The notes under the pieces: model-generated | What the model was told of the DNA's origin: nothing | The model's input: the letters and a program-made list of their open reading frames with translations, nothing else | Database searches by the model: none | Translations under genes and position numbers: made by a program | Shown here: piece after piece, positions 1-11,589 of the stretch | How positions within the stretch are numbered: the stretch's first letter is position 1 | Layout of the letters: each line of letters starts with the position of its first letter | Assembly: GCA_964016885.1 (NCBI GenBank) | Contig: CAXHJY010001307.1 | Coordinates: 1-47,000 of the forward strand | DNA from: Eledone cirrhosa | Lineage: Eukaryota | Length of the DNA stretch: 47,000 nt | Direction: 5' to 3'

Positions 1-480
1 TAAACTCAGTTTTGAGGAAATATTTCACAGTAATTGAACTATAGATTTATATAAACAGTGTTATATAAGTTCTGTTTAGAAGGTTTTAGTCTTCAAATGA
101 TGATAAATATAGGTGATGTATCCAATATTGAAAATAATAATTTATCCCAATGTCATCTGATATTCTGAAATAAGAAAGAAACAGTATGAGATAATAGAGA
201 ATACTTTAGAAGCAGAGATAGATTTAACAGTGGAAATGTTATATTTCTATATTTGTAAACTGTAGATATCAACATTCTGTCCAGAGAAATTCTCTCCAAT
301 GTAAGCAGTGGTATTCCAGCATGCTCTATAAATTATATCCTTCTATCACTTCAGAGGTCTGCTCTATGGCAGTTTAGCAGAAAATGCATTCTTATAGGAC
401 TTATAAGAAAGTAACAGTATGAGATAATAGAGAATACTTAAAATACAGAGATAGATTTAACAGTGGAAATTTTACATTTT

Positions 481-618
481 CACCATATTTCCTAGCATCG
501 AAGACATTACTTTTTCCCTAATATAAGTCTAAAAAATCTACCATATGTCCTGGAGGCCGAAGGTTGATTATTATTTTTTTTCAAAAATTGGTCGTCATTG
601 GCGCCAGTAAGTACGGTA
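481..618. mobile_element. Degenerate pogo/Tigger-type MITE
   Basis: Ends CACCATATTTCCTAGC...GCCAGTAAGTACGGTA resemble TA-flanked CCGTATTT...AAATACGG TIRs. It lies within the 430-870 segment that is absent from the right arm. Confidence 0.45.
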
Positions 619-867
619 CATTGGTAAACTGTAGAAATATACCTGTGTCAGATTTACTTATTCATATAAACTAGCTACACCATCACTATAGCGGGATCAT
701 CTAGTACAGGGCCCCAAAACTGTGGTAACCTCGTGAGATGAGTTTGGAGCAGCTGACTGGCTACCCCCTCCTCAATGGTGCCACCCAGTACCAGGCCCCC
801 CAAAATTATAGTTCCACTGTGAGATGAGTTCAGTGCAGCCAACTGGCCTGTCCCTCCTCATAACAGA

Positions 868-1190
868 GCCATCCAGTTCCGCACTGTAAACATGGTTGGT
901 GTCAGGAAGGGAATCCATCTGTAAAATACCCCACCAAATTTACAGACCTCACCTGAGCAAGGTGCGACACATGGCCAACCCTGGCCAGACTTGCCTCCTG
1001 GCGTGGATGACCCGTCTAACCCATGCAAGAATGGTGATGATATATACATACATATATATATATATCTCACCCACACTGGACGTGTAGAAGACAGCAAAAA
1101 AGCATCCAGCCCACACTTGCCTCTAAATGGGACACGTCTAACCCATGCTAGTGTGGAAGATGGACGTTAATTGAAGATGATGATGATGAT
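868..1190 (+). mobile_element. RTE-type 3' tail / SINE tail fragments
   Basis: GTTGGTGTCAGGAAGGG...CCCATGCTAGTGTGGAAGATGGACGTTAA ends in (GAT)n, the same tail seen on RTE and SINE copies elsewhere in the window. Mirrored at 16615-17085. Confidence 0.7.
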
Positions 1191-1351
1191 ATATAATTAA
1201 ATGTTGTAGTTTGTTTGAAGCATTCTATATAAAATATAACGTTGAAAGAGATAGAAGGCTAAACAATGCAAAATGGACAATAAGATGAGGTAAGGAAAAG
1301 TAAAAGTTACCTGGTAATCTTTGTTTTGTTTTTTTGTTGTTGTTCTTTTAT

Positions 1352-1392
1352 CTGTCCAATATTTCGGGACCTAAAAGTCCTTTCTTCAGGGT
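1352..1392 (-). ncRNA. Hammerhead-like motif (degenerate, stem I unsupported)
   Basis: Minus strand reads CTGAAGA-aa-GGAC-TTTTAG-GTCC-c-GAAA-TATTG. The mirror copy at 16413-16455 has GAAA changed to GCAA. Confidence 0.4.
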
Positions 1393-1396
1393 TTAA

Positions 1397-1865
1397 GCCT
1401 TTAACATTTACATTACTCTATATATACTATTATATTTCCATGGTAATGTCTTCATCTCACATAACATTTACATTACTCTATATATACTATTATATTTCCA
1501 TGGTAAAGTCTTTACCTCACATAATATCGAATCTGATATTATTTATATTGAGAACAATACTTTAACATCAGTATAAGTGGCCAGTTACGGGTGGTTTAAA
1601 AAGAAAAAGAGGACAGAACTCTGGCCAGTTATTGCCGGTTTAAATGTTAAAGGGTTAACCCTTTAGCATTCACATTATTTTATATATACTATTATATTTT
1701 CATGGTAAAGGCTTTATCTCACATAATATTGAATCTATCAGATTTTGAAAGTATTTATTTTGAGAACAATACCTTAACATCAGTCTGAGCGACCAGTTAC
1801 AGCCAGTTTCAACAGAAAGAGGTAGAGAATTCTGGCCAGTTTTGGCTGGTTTGGACACTAAAGGG
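1397..1865. mobile_element. Two tandem TTAA-flanked piggyBac-like MITEs (1397-1654, 1659-1865)
   Basis: TTAA-[G/C]CCTTTA...TAAAGGG-TTAA termini with a shared TTAA at 1655-1658. The first copy has an internal 60-bp duplication. Confidence 0.75.
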
Positions 1866-1966
1866 TTAAGCAACTTTCAGTGGATAATGTTCCAATTTCC
1901 TCTCTTTGGGATTAAATTTTGATTTTGAGTAACATTTTTTCTAAGTTGTTTTCAAGCATTTTATAA

Positions 1967-3310
1967 AATTGATGGAAGCTATGAAGTAGGAAGACCTGGG
2001 ATGAGGTGATAATAGCTGACCTGACACAATTGATGGAAGCTATGAAGTAGGAAGACCTGGGATGAGGTGATAAAAGCTGACCTGACACAATTGATGGAAG
2101 CAATGAAGTAGGAAGACCTGGGATGAGGTGATAAAAGCTGACCTTACACAATTGATGGAAGCTATAGAGTAGGAAGACCTGGGATGAGGTGATAATAGCT
2201 GACCTGACACAATTGATGGAAGCTATGGAGTAAAAAGAACTGGTTTGAGGTGATAAAAGCTGACCTCACACAATTGATGGAAGCTATGGAGTAGGAAGAC
2301 CTAGTTTGAGGTGATAAAAGCTGACCTGACACAATTGATGGAAGCTATAGAGTATGAAGACCTAGTCTGAGGTGATAAAAGCTGACTTCACACAATTGAT
2401 GGAAGCTATGAAGTAGGAAGACCTGGGATGAGGTGATAAAAGCTGACTTTACACAATTGATGGAAGCTATAGAGTAGGAAGACCTGGATGAGGTGATAAA
2501 AGCTGACATGACACAATTGATGGAAGCTGTAGAGTAGGATGACCTAGTTTGAGGTGATAAAAGCTGACCTCACACGATTGATGGAAGCTATAAAGATGGA
2601 AGACCTGGGATGAGGTGATAAAAGCTGACCTCACACAATTGATGGAAGCTATGGAGTAAAAATACCTAGTCTGAGGTGATAAAAGCTGACTTCACACAAT
2701 TGATGGAAGCTATGAAGTAGGAAGACCTGGGATGAGGTGATAAAAGCTGACCTTACACAATTGATGGAAGCTATGAAGTAGGAAGACCTGGGATGAGGTG
2801 ATAAAAGCTGACCTCACACAATTGATGGAAGCTATAGAGAAGGAAGACTTGGGATGAGGTGATAAAAGCTAACCTAACACAATTGATGGAAGCTATGAAG
2901 TAGGAAGACCTGGGATGAGGTGATAAAAGCTGACCTGACAATTGATGGAAGCTATGAAGTAGGAAGACCTGGGATGAGGTGATAAAAGCTGACCTTACAC
3001 AATTGATGGAAGCTATGAAGTAGGAAGACCTGGGATGAGGTGATAAAAGCTGACCTCACACAATTGATGGAAGCTATAGAGAAGGAAGACTTGGGATGAG
3101 GTGATAAAAGCTAACCTAACACAATTGATGGAAGCTATGAAGTAGGAAGACCTGGGATGAGGTGATAAAAGCTGACCTGACACAATTGATGGAAGCTATG
3201 AAGTAGGAAGACCTGGGATGAGGTGATAAAAGCTGACCTCACACAATTGATGGAAGATATGAAGTAGGAAGACCTGGGATGAGGTGATAACAGCTGACCT
3301 CACACAATTG
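1967..3310 (+). repeat. 61-bp minisatellite, ~22 copies, derived from the RTE LINE ORF 3' end
   Basis: Unit AATTGATGGAAGCTATGAAGTAGGAAGACCTGGGATGAGGTGATAAAAGCTGACCTGACAC. It matches the single-copy RTE sequence at ~32120-32185 and runs on into RTE 3' sequence at 3310-3375. Confidence 0.95.
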
Positions 3311-3449
3311 CACTTCTCTAAGACAATGATACAGGATCGAGATCTTTGGTGTTATACAGTAATATAGAAGACCAGCCATCCCTAGCATTGGTATCAATGA
3401 CTCCCACATGGACATCAATACACATCTATATATACACACCTAACATATC

Positions 3450-3810
3450 GAAGACCTCTGTCGGTCAAGAATGACCATGTGATTTGCAACTAGAAAGTTC
3501 CCCTCTGAGGCACAAGTCCAGTTGTTTGAGGAAGACCAGCAGTCACCCAAGTATACCAGTCTACCCTCTCCATGCCACCGATGTTGTCCAAGGGAAAGGT
3601 AATGGCTGATACAGCTTGGTACCAGTTACATCACTACATATATATATACTATATATATATCATATATACACTGTCTACAGTATATATACACAATATATAT
3701 ATTATATATACACTGTGTACAATATATATTATACGCTATATATGTTGTCCAAGGGAAAGGCAATGGCTGATACAGCTTGGCACCAGTGACATCACAACAT
3801 ATATATATAA
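3450..3810 (-). mobile_element. SINE body fragment with internal duplication
   Basis: TGTTGTCCAAGGGAAAGG...GCTGATACAGCTTGGCACCAGTGACATCACAAC occurs twice. The same segment adjoins the tRNA-like SINE head at 6200-6392. Confidence 0.65.
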
Positions 3811-4211
3811 CTTATATCCCAGACTTCCATAGATTATTTCTATTCTACAGCTATCTCTCTTCCCCAATTTCAAAATGTTCTGTTTACATTATTATTATTA
3901 TTATCATTCACTTGTTTCCACAATGTATATACTTCGACCTTGTTTTTGATATAAACTATGATGGACATTGTGTCTTTCTCTACAAACTTATCCCTAACCC
4001 TGCAATTACCTCTCCTTTCTCTCAAAGCTAGGTGACAATCTTCGAAATTCTTGCATACTTGCCTTGTCTAATAAGCCTACTTATATCTGCTTATTTCCCC
4101 CGAATCTCCTGTGATGATATATGTCATGATGGCTACCTATCTCACAATTTCCCACTCACCACCATTGGCTATTTGACCAATCAAACCACAGCAACATGTC
4201 CTTACCCATTA

Positions 4212-4455
4212 CCAGCCCCAACAAACTTTGCCATTACTACTACTGTCCTTCTAGCCCTTACCAGTCCCAACAAACTCTGTCATTACTACTACTGTCCTTC
4301 TAGCCGTTACCAGCCCCAACAAACTCTGCCATTACGACTACTGTCCTTCTAGCCCTTACCAGCCCCAACAAACTCTATCATTACTACTACTGTCCTTCTA
4401 GCCCTTACCAGCCCCAACAAACTCTGCCATTATTACTACTGTCCTTCTAGCCCTG
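4212..4455 (+). repeat. 49-bp tandem repeat, ~5 copies
   Basis: Unit CCAGCCCCAACAAACTCTGCCATTACTACTACTGTCCTTCTAGCCCTTA at 4212, 4261, 4310 and onward. Confidence 0.9.
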
Positions 4456-4654
4456 CACCAAAGTATACTTGATTACTGTTATGTATGGAGGAGCGAAGGA
4501 TAAATGGAACAACCCCGAATAAATAAATGAATATGAATCTGCAAGTTACCAAGCACCCATGCAAAGCTTTAATTCAGAGACAGGAAGCATACACACTCCC
4601 CTGCAAAAATTCACCTTTTCCCACAAATGATGGCAAATGTTCAAAACTCTGAGT

Positions 4655-6160
4655 CGGCAGCATCAACATAAGCACAATGAAAGGAAGGGAAGGAGAAATT
4701 ATAGACATGCTAGAGTGAAATGATATTGACGTATACTGTGTGCAAGAGACTAGGTGGAGAGGAGAGTTCGCTAGAGTCCTTGTAGGCAAAAGTTAGTGCT
4801 ATAAATTTTTCTGGGTGGGAAATGACAATGGGATGGGTGGTGTAGGTATACTATTAGCTGACAAATGGGTAGATAAAGTAATAACCACACATATTGTTAA
4901 CCAGGTAACACTAGAAGGTGTCATACCAAAGGATTGGTGCAGCAGCATCATCGTCAACTGCTACAAGGGTAAAGTAGATACACTAGATAGAATAAACTAT
5001 AGAGGTATAAAGCTGATGGACCAGGTCATGAAAGTAATGGAAATAGTCATAGCACAGTTGATCAGGGAGTGGGTAAAACTAGGTGAGATTCAGTTTGGGC
5101 TTGTGCCAGGAAAAAGCACCACTTATGCTCTCTTCCTTGTGAGGCAGTTACAGGTAAGGTACCTAGCTAAAAGCAAGCCGCTCTACCTGGCTCTTGTCGA
5201 TATGGAAAAAGTCTTCAACAGAGTGCTCCGTGCTATAATCTGGTGGGCTCTTAGAAAACTAAGAGTAGATTAGTGGCTTGTGAAAGCTGTACAAGCCATG
5301 TATAGGGGAGCAGTCAGCAAAGTTAGAGTTAACAATTACTATAGCGAGGAATCTAGCATACAGGTCGGTGTCCACCAGGGCTCTGTTCTTAGCCTTCTTC
5401 TGTTTATAATAGTATTGCAGGCTATAACAGAGGAGTTTAAGACCTGATGCCCATAGGAACTCCTATATGCGGATGATCTTACACTTATAGCTGAATCTAT
5501 GGCAGAACTAAAGAAACAAGCACCACCAAACTCTGGGAGAGATCTGTAGAAATAGTAGACAGCTTTTGCTACCTAGGTGACGAAAGGAGGAGCGGAGGTG
5601 GGTGTTCTGAAAGTACAGTAACAGGATTGAAGAAGTTTAGGGAGCTACTGCCACTGCTAGCTGCAAAAGGCTTTTCCCTCAATATGAAAGGCAGACAGTA
5701 TGATACGTGCATACGAACAGCAATGCTACATGGTAGTGAGACCTGGGCACTGTCTGTAGAAGACTTGCGTAGATTAGAAAGAAACGAAGCTTGCATGCTC
5801 CGATGGACGTGTAATAGTAATATACGCGAATGGTAAAGCATTAACAAATTGAGAGAGAGACTGAACATAAGAGGAATCAAATGCTGTGTGCAGCAGAGGA
5901 GGTTGTGTTGTAGCCCCTGGGTACAAGCTGAAGCACATAGACAATCTGCCCCACCCCCTCCCACTGTAAAGTGGCTGTGGAGGTGTCACAACAAAAAAGC
6001 ACCCATCACTCACTGTGAGGTTGGTGTTAGGAAGAAATCAAGCCAAAATCGGTTCCCATCTGAGCAAGACAAGGTCACCCTACCTGGCACTGCCCACAAC
6101 AGGACAACCTGTCTAACCCATTCTACCATGGAAGAAGGGATGTAAAACAGTGATGATGAT
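4655..6160 (+). mobile_element. RTE-clade LINE, internally deleted relic
   Basis: APE N-terminus (VQETRWRG, GVGILLADKW) is joined directly to RT (YRGIKLMDQVMKV, QFG, DMEKVFNRV, YADD), then AMLHGSETW and a (GAT)n tail. Stops and deletions present. Confidence 0.9.
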
Positions 6161-6199
6161 ATAGATATATATACACTGTGTACAGTATATATACACTAT

Positions 6200-6392
6200 T
6201 TATATGTCCAAGAGAAAGGTTATGACTGATATAGCTTGGCACCAGTGACATCACAACTCATTTCTACAGCTGAGTAAACTGGAGTAACGTGAAATAAAGT
6301 GTCATGCTCAAGGACACAACACAACACCCTGTCCGAGAATCGAACTCACAACCTTTAGATTGCAAGCCCAATGCTTTAACCACTAAGCCATG
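6200..6392 (-). mobile_element. tRNA-derived SINE, 5' part
   Basis: Minus strand shows box A TGGCTTAGTGG, box B GAGTTCGATTC and the central TCCTTGAGCA..ACACTTTATTTCAC..CTCCAGTTTACTCAGCTG segment. Confidence 0.85.
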
Positions 6393-6609
6393 ATACGTTC
6401 CAGAAACAACCATGTTACAGAGAGACCAATCTATGAAGGGTTTGTAGTAGATTAGAGCAAAACACAATCAGTAAAACAATAATGGAATGAAAATATAAAC
6501 ATTTGTTCATAATTAAAGCCTTAAGATGTCCCTTCCTTACGATATACACTTTAATAACATCGAAACTTATTTAATAAGTTTAAATATTAAACACTTTTTA
6601 CTCAGACGT

Positions 6610-6756
6610 ACCGCGATAAGAAAATAGATATGTTCTAACGAATAATCCGCGATGTGGCGAGGATTACCGCGATAGGAAATTAGATACGTTCCAAAGAAAT
6701 ATCCACGATGTAACGGGACCGCGAAAAGTGAACCGCAATATAGCAGGGGATTACTG
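6610..6756. mobile_element. Tigger/pogo-like DNA transposon terminus
   Basis: Repeated CCGCGAT subterminal motifs end in ACCGCAATATAGCAGGGGATTACTG followed by TA. Confidence 0.6.
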
Positions 6757-6895
6757 TATATATACACACACAATATACATCTATCTATATACACTCATAA
6801 CATTTATTTCGATGTTTGACATTAAAATGTTGACTGAGGGTGCGACAACTGTTTCTTGTGTGAGGTTGTTCCAGTGGTTGAAATATAGACGGAGG

Positions 6896-7543
6896 TGTAA
6901 CGGAATATTATGTGTGGTTGTAACGACAAGTGGATGGATGGATGTAACTGTTGGTATGGTGGTTTCGGTGTAAAGAAAAATACCAGGAGTGTTGTTACAA
7001 AGTTTATTTTATTACAACAATATTCAATTTGAATATTGAATGATAAAATAATTGACACAAAATATTCATACAATAATTTGGTGGCTCTTCGAGCCACGTA
7101 AATTCAAATATCACAGAATACGATTATAATACGTGTAAACAGAAATGAATGATACGTGTACAAATGCTGGACTCACTATGAATGCGTGTGTGCGGCGTAT
7201 CAGTATATTTACTTATTTGTATTGCAGGAGCAGCGATCAGCCAGGAAGGTGAGAATAAGTGATAGACTGGTTTTTCGTGACGAGAGCTTGTAAAACGCCT
7301 TGTCTTGTCTGTATCCCACTTGTTTTCTGTTTTTGGCGTAAACAATCCCTGTCTTTATAAGAGTAGAATTTAGAAGGATAGATATATCCTCTAAACTTTG
7401 GTTAGTCTCCCAAGGGATTAGTTTGACAAGCGTAAACAAGTCATAAAGATGGATATATCCTCTGACCTATTTTCTGTCAGGCGTAAACACCTCTGACCTG
7501 CGTTTAGCCTCTCCCAAGGGGTTAGTCTCTTGAGTGTAAACAA
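6896..7543 (-). repeat. 3' LTR (truncated at its U3 end)
   Basis: Starts TGTAACGG. 7234-7543 aligns with 10746-11058. Minus-strand TATA-like site near 7355 and AATAAA near 7003-7013. Confidence 0.8.
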
Positions 7544-7933
7544 GTTAAGATTGAACGATCTAGGTGCATGTGAAATGAAGATAGGTATGACTAGGTGTGT
7601 TGTTGAAGAAAATCAGTAAAAATAAAAAAACACATAAAAGTCATTTACAAACAGGAGACATGGAAGAAAACATGCAAAGCAAAAGAAATTTACATGCAGG
7701 AAAATGTACTGTGATGTTACATAAAATTGAAAATGTTCGTACGAAAAGTTTGTTGATTAAAAGTTTGTTCATTTCATAGAAACAGAAAAATGTTCTTTTG
7801 TCTGTTCTTTTGATGTGGGTGATGCACAGAGTTAATTGATTTGTGTGTAGCAATAGTTCATGACCACAGAAATTGGCCGATTCGTTGAAATGTACAAATT
7901 AGCCAAAATGTCGACCAGATGCATAATTTGTAC

Positions 7934-10560
7934 TTACCCGATAAACTTGTACGTATCCCATGGCGTGGGCCATCGGACTGTACTTCCGGATTTGGTGTGT
8001 CGGGGTTGTGCAGAATTTGCCGTGTTTGTGTCGGGCAAAGTTGTGTCGGGTGAGTCTGGAGAAACGGTGGGTACTGGTGGCAATTCCTGTTCTATGAACG
8101 CTTTTTTTAAACGATCAATGGAGACGGTATTTCGCTTCCCGTTCAAGTCGAGGACAAAATACTTAGGGCATTTCTGTATCACCTTGTAGGGCCCGGACGG
8201 AATACGGCGGACGAAGTTGCGATGGAATACCGTCATTTCTAACGAAAACATGCGTCCATGTATCGATGTCTTTTGGTATGTGTGAAGTAACGTGCTGTTG
8301 TTTAGGGGCTGAAGGAGACAGATGCGACATTGATGACCGTAAACGGTGCACGTATTTTGTAGGGTCTGGAAGTTCTTGTGGCGAAACAGGAGTGATCATT
8401 TGTCCGGGTAGAGTGAGTACGGTGCCATACACCATTTCAGCCGGAGAATGTCCGACTCCCTCTTTAACAGTGGAACGAATACCAAGAAGAATGAGTGGGA
8501 GGTATTCGAACCAGTTAGTGGAGTCTTCGTAAGCCTTGATAGATGATTTTAGCTGGCGGTGTAAGCGTTCTACCATGCCGTTAGCGGCAGGGTGATACGC
8601 TGTTGTACGGATGTGTTTGCACCCGAGGAGACGAGTCAGCTCGGTAAATAGGTTCGAATCGAACTGACGTCCTCTATCCGTAGTGATGGTCGCGGGTGTG
8701 CCGAAACACGAAACCCAGTGAAACACTAGCGTTTTGGCGACAGTTTCCGCAGTAATATCCGTCAGGGGAAAAGCTTCTGGCCAGCGAGAAAATCGGTCGA
8801 CACAGGTGAGAAGATGAGTGTAGTTTTGAGAAGGAGGCAAAGGTCCAACTATGTCTATATGCACATGTTGGAACCGTGCATCAGGTGTTGCGAAAGAACC
8901 AATCGGGGCTTTGATGTGCCGGTGAATTTTCGCCTTCTGGCACGCGATGCAGTTCCTAGCCCATTCGCAGGTGTCCTTGTTGATGTTTGGCCACACAAAG
9001 CGGGCAACCATCAGTTTCTGCGTGGCGCGGACGCCAGGATGTGCCAGAGAATGCAGTGCCGAGAAAACGTCGCGTCGATGTTTCCGGGGCACGTATGGGC
9101 GCTCGCGGCCTGTGGAGATGTCACACCAAATATAACCCGAAGAAGAGGGCAGCGGGTATTCCTTCAATTTCAAGGATGATTTCCGGAGTTGCAGCAGTTC
9201 CTCGTCATTCTGTTGATCCGCTGCAATCTTCTGGAGGTCGATAGTGGCAGTGGTGTGGATTGCGTTAAGCTCCATGCGCGATAGGGCATCAGCTGCTGAG
9301 TTGGTGGCACCCTTAATGTACCGAATATTAGTAGTGTACTGAGAAATGAAGTCCAGATGTCGGACCTCCCTGGGTGAGTGTCGGTCAGGCTTGGCATTGA
9401 ACGTGTACACTAGTGGTTTGTGGTCGGTGTACATAGAGAACACACGACATTCTAGCATGTGTCGAAAATGCTTGACAGCAAGGTATGCTTCCAATAATTC
9501 ACGACTAAATGTGCTGTACTTAGTTTCGGCGGGTTTTAATCGCTTAGAGAAAAAAGATACAGGTCGCCAAATATCGCCAGAGAGTTGTTGAAGCACACCT
9601 CCAACTCCGAAATCGGATGCATCAGTCAATAAACACATTGGGGCGTCAGGTTTGGGGTAACTCAGCATTGTAGCCTCGGACAACATTTTCTTCAACTCAG
9701 CGAAAGCGGTATATTCTTTTTCGCTGAGCTTGATGTTTGCGTTTTTGGTTGTACGCTGCCGCAGCAAATCTGTGAGTGGTTGGGCTGTCTCTGCACAGTG
9801 GGGTATAAATCTTCTGTAGAAGTTTACCAGGCCAAGAAATTCTCGCAGTTTGCGGAGAGATATAGGTTGTGGAAAATCAATGATGGATTTGACTTTCTCC
9901 TTAAGTGGGCGAATACCATCTTTGTCAATGATGTGTCCCAGAAAATGAAGGGACGCAACTCCGAATTTGCTGGGGTTGATAACAATTCCATATTCACGCA
10001 AACGTGTGAATAGGAGATCCAGGTGTTTCTCATGTCCTTCGTCGGAGCTGTTGGCCATCAGTAAGTCGTCAATGTATGCGTATACAAAAGGTAGACCCCT
10101 GGTGACTGTATCGATGAATCGCTGGAATGTCCGCTGCATTTCGCAAACCGAATGGCATACGCAGAAATTCGAACATTCCAAAGGGTGTTGTGACGGCGGT
10201 CTTTGGAATATCTGCGGGCTCAACGGGTATCTAATTGTAAGCTCGCACAAGATCGATCTTCGAAAATATGCGAGCCCCGTGCAGCGAGCTAGAGAAGTCC
10301 TGTAGATGAGGCACTGGATAAGAGTTAGGAACGGTGCAGTTATTTAGTGCACGGTAGTCGCCACAGATTCGCCAGTCGTTCGACGACTTCTTGGGTACAC
10401 AGTGTATGGGTGAGGACCAGTTGCTGCTGGACGGACGTATGATGCCGAGATCCAGCATGTGCTGAAATTCTTGTTTGACGGACTTCAGCCGGTCTGGTGG
10501 TAGCCTTCTAGGTCGTGCAGCGACAGGTGGGCCGTGTGTTATGCGAACTGCGCTTCGATG
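7934..10560 (-). pseudogene. pol: Gypsy pol (RT, RNase H, integrase, GPY/F tail), with a stop and frameshifts
   Basis: [35 protein letters not shown], integrase H-H-C-C, HIDIVGP, TDRGRQF, NGMVER and GPYKV, spread over ORFs 10231-10572, 8163-10250 and 7934-8251. Confidence 0.95.
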
Positions 10561-10709
10561 TGCGCGAACCACAGTGTTAGATCGTGCACCCAGAATGGTG
10601 GAATTCTTAATGTAAATGCCGCCCTCACTGCCATTTCTGCCGTAGATGAATCGTCGTGTGCTAGAGACATCGTTTGTAGTGGATGATCAGAAGTTGTGTG
10701 TCTGTTTTA

Positions 10710-10720
10710 CGGGGTCACCA
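10710..10720 (-). promoter_or_regulatory. Primer binding site complementary to the tRNA-Trp 3' end
   Basis: Minus strand TGGTGACCCCG lies 2 nt inside the 5' LTR. Eukaryotic tRNA-Trp ends ...CGGGGUCACCA. Confidence 0.85.
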
Positions 10721-10722
10721 GT

Positions 10723-11123
10723 TGTAACGGAATATGTGGTTGTATCGATCAGCCAGGCAGGAGAGGAAATTAGTGACGGACTGGTATTTCGTGACGAGAG
10801 CTTGTAAAGGCCACTTGTCTTGTCTGTATATCACTTCTTTTCTGTCGGGGCGTAAACAACCCCTGTATTTATAAGAGTTGAAGTTAGAAGGATAGATATA
10901 TCCTCTGAACTTTGGTTAGAGTTTCCCAAGGGATTATTTTGCCAAGCGTAAACAACTCAGAAAGATGGATATATCCTCTGACCTTTTCTGTCAGGCGTAA
11001 ACACCTCTGACCTGTGTTTAGCATCCCCCAGGGGGTTAGTCTCTTGAGCGTAAACAACATACCACGGCTTGTCCCAGAGGCGGAAAAGCTCAGATTCGGT
11101 TTCCAATCTTCGCCGCCGTTATA
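10723..11123 (-). repeat. 5' LTR
   Basis: TGTAACGG...CCGTTATA imperfect terminal inverted repeat. Lacks ~300 bp present in the other LTR. Confidence 0.8.
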
Positions 11124-11589
11124 TATATATAACAAAGGAGGTGTGGTAAGGAACCAGAAGGACCATAATGCACCAGAGTACTCAATATATAAATATATAT
11201 ATATCAGCGGCAAAGGGTAACCTGGAAAGCAGGGTATGCAGTCCAATCGCCATGGCGGAAAGTATGAAAGTTGGCCTACTTTCATACACAATCCTTAGAA
11301 TTTGCTGTTTAGATTTCACTTTCAACGCTTGACCGACTCCACCCACTCCCTCATTGCTCTACAGGCAAGTTCAGCCATCCCCACATCCCACCCACTGCCA
11401 TGATAGACTTAATTGTGTTTACCAGGAATTTTTGACCAATCCTCTTGACAGCTACAATCTTCCCATATAAGGAAGTACCCCTTGAAAAGTTCGGCTATTT
11501 ATTTACCAGGCTAAAAATTCTAATTTAGTCCAGAAATAGCCGTCGAAACGGCTTGAGCTCTACCGTCGGGGTCATACATTTTCCTATAT

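Larger units (their letters stand above)
1..3810 (-). repeat. Left arm of a large inverted segmental duplication (mirror of the ZNF upstream region 15330-17515); probably continues left of the window
   Basis: Base 1 onward (TAAACTCAGTTTTGAGGAAATATTT) is the reverse complement of 17491-17515. Colinear reverse-complement blocks continue: 1-428/17087-17515, 870-1110/16830-17085, 1115-1970/16090-16685, the 61-bp array, and 3520-3810/15330-15630. Confidence 0.95.
6896..11123 (-). mobile_element. Ty3/Gypsy LTR retrotransposon (CsRn1-like), gag/protease deleted
   Basis: Two homologous LTRs, a tRNA-Trp PBS and RT-RNaseH-IN domain order. Only ~150 bp separate the PBS from the RT start. Confidence 0.9.

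Noticed and set aside
708-862. Two ~85-bp diverged direct repeats
   Set aside because: Too short and degenerate to assign; probably an old slippage duplication.
1967-3310. CRISPR-like appearance of the regular arrays (also 22834-23398 and 32835-34360)
   Set aside because: Units are head-to-tail with no unique spacers, there are no cas genes, and the context is eukaryotic.
6535-6582. CTTACGA...GAAACTTATT-T-AATAAG hammerhead-like string
   Set aside because: The core is mismatched and stems I and II are missing; probably a chance AT-rich hairpin.
8266-10305. Plus-strand ORFs over Gypsy pol, and antisense ORFs over the RTEs
   Set aside because: Shadow frames of TE coding sequence with no independent motifs.
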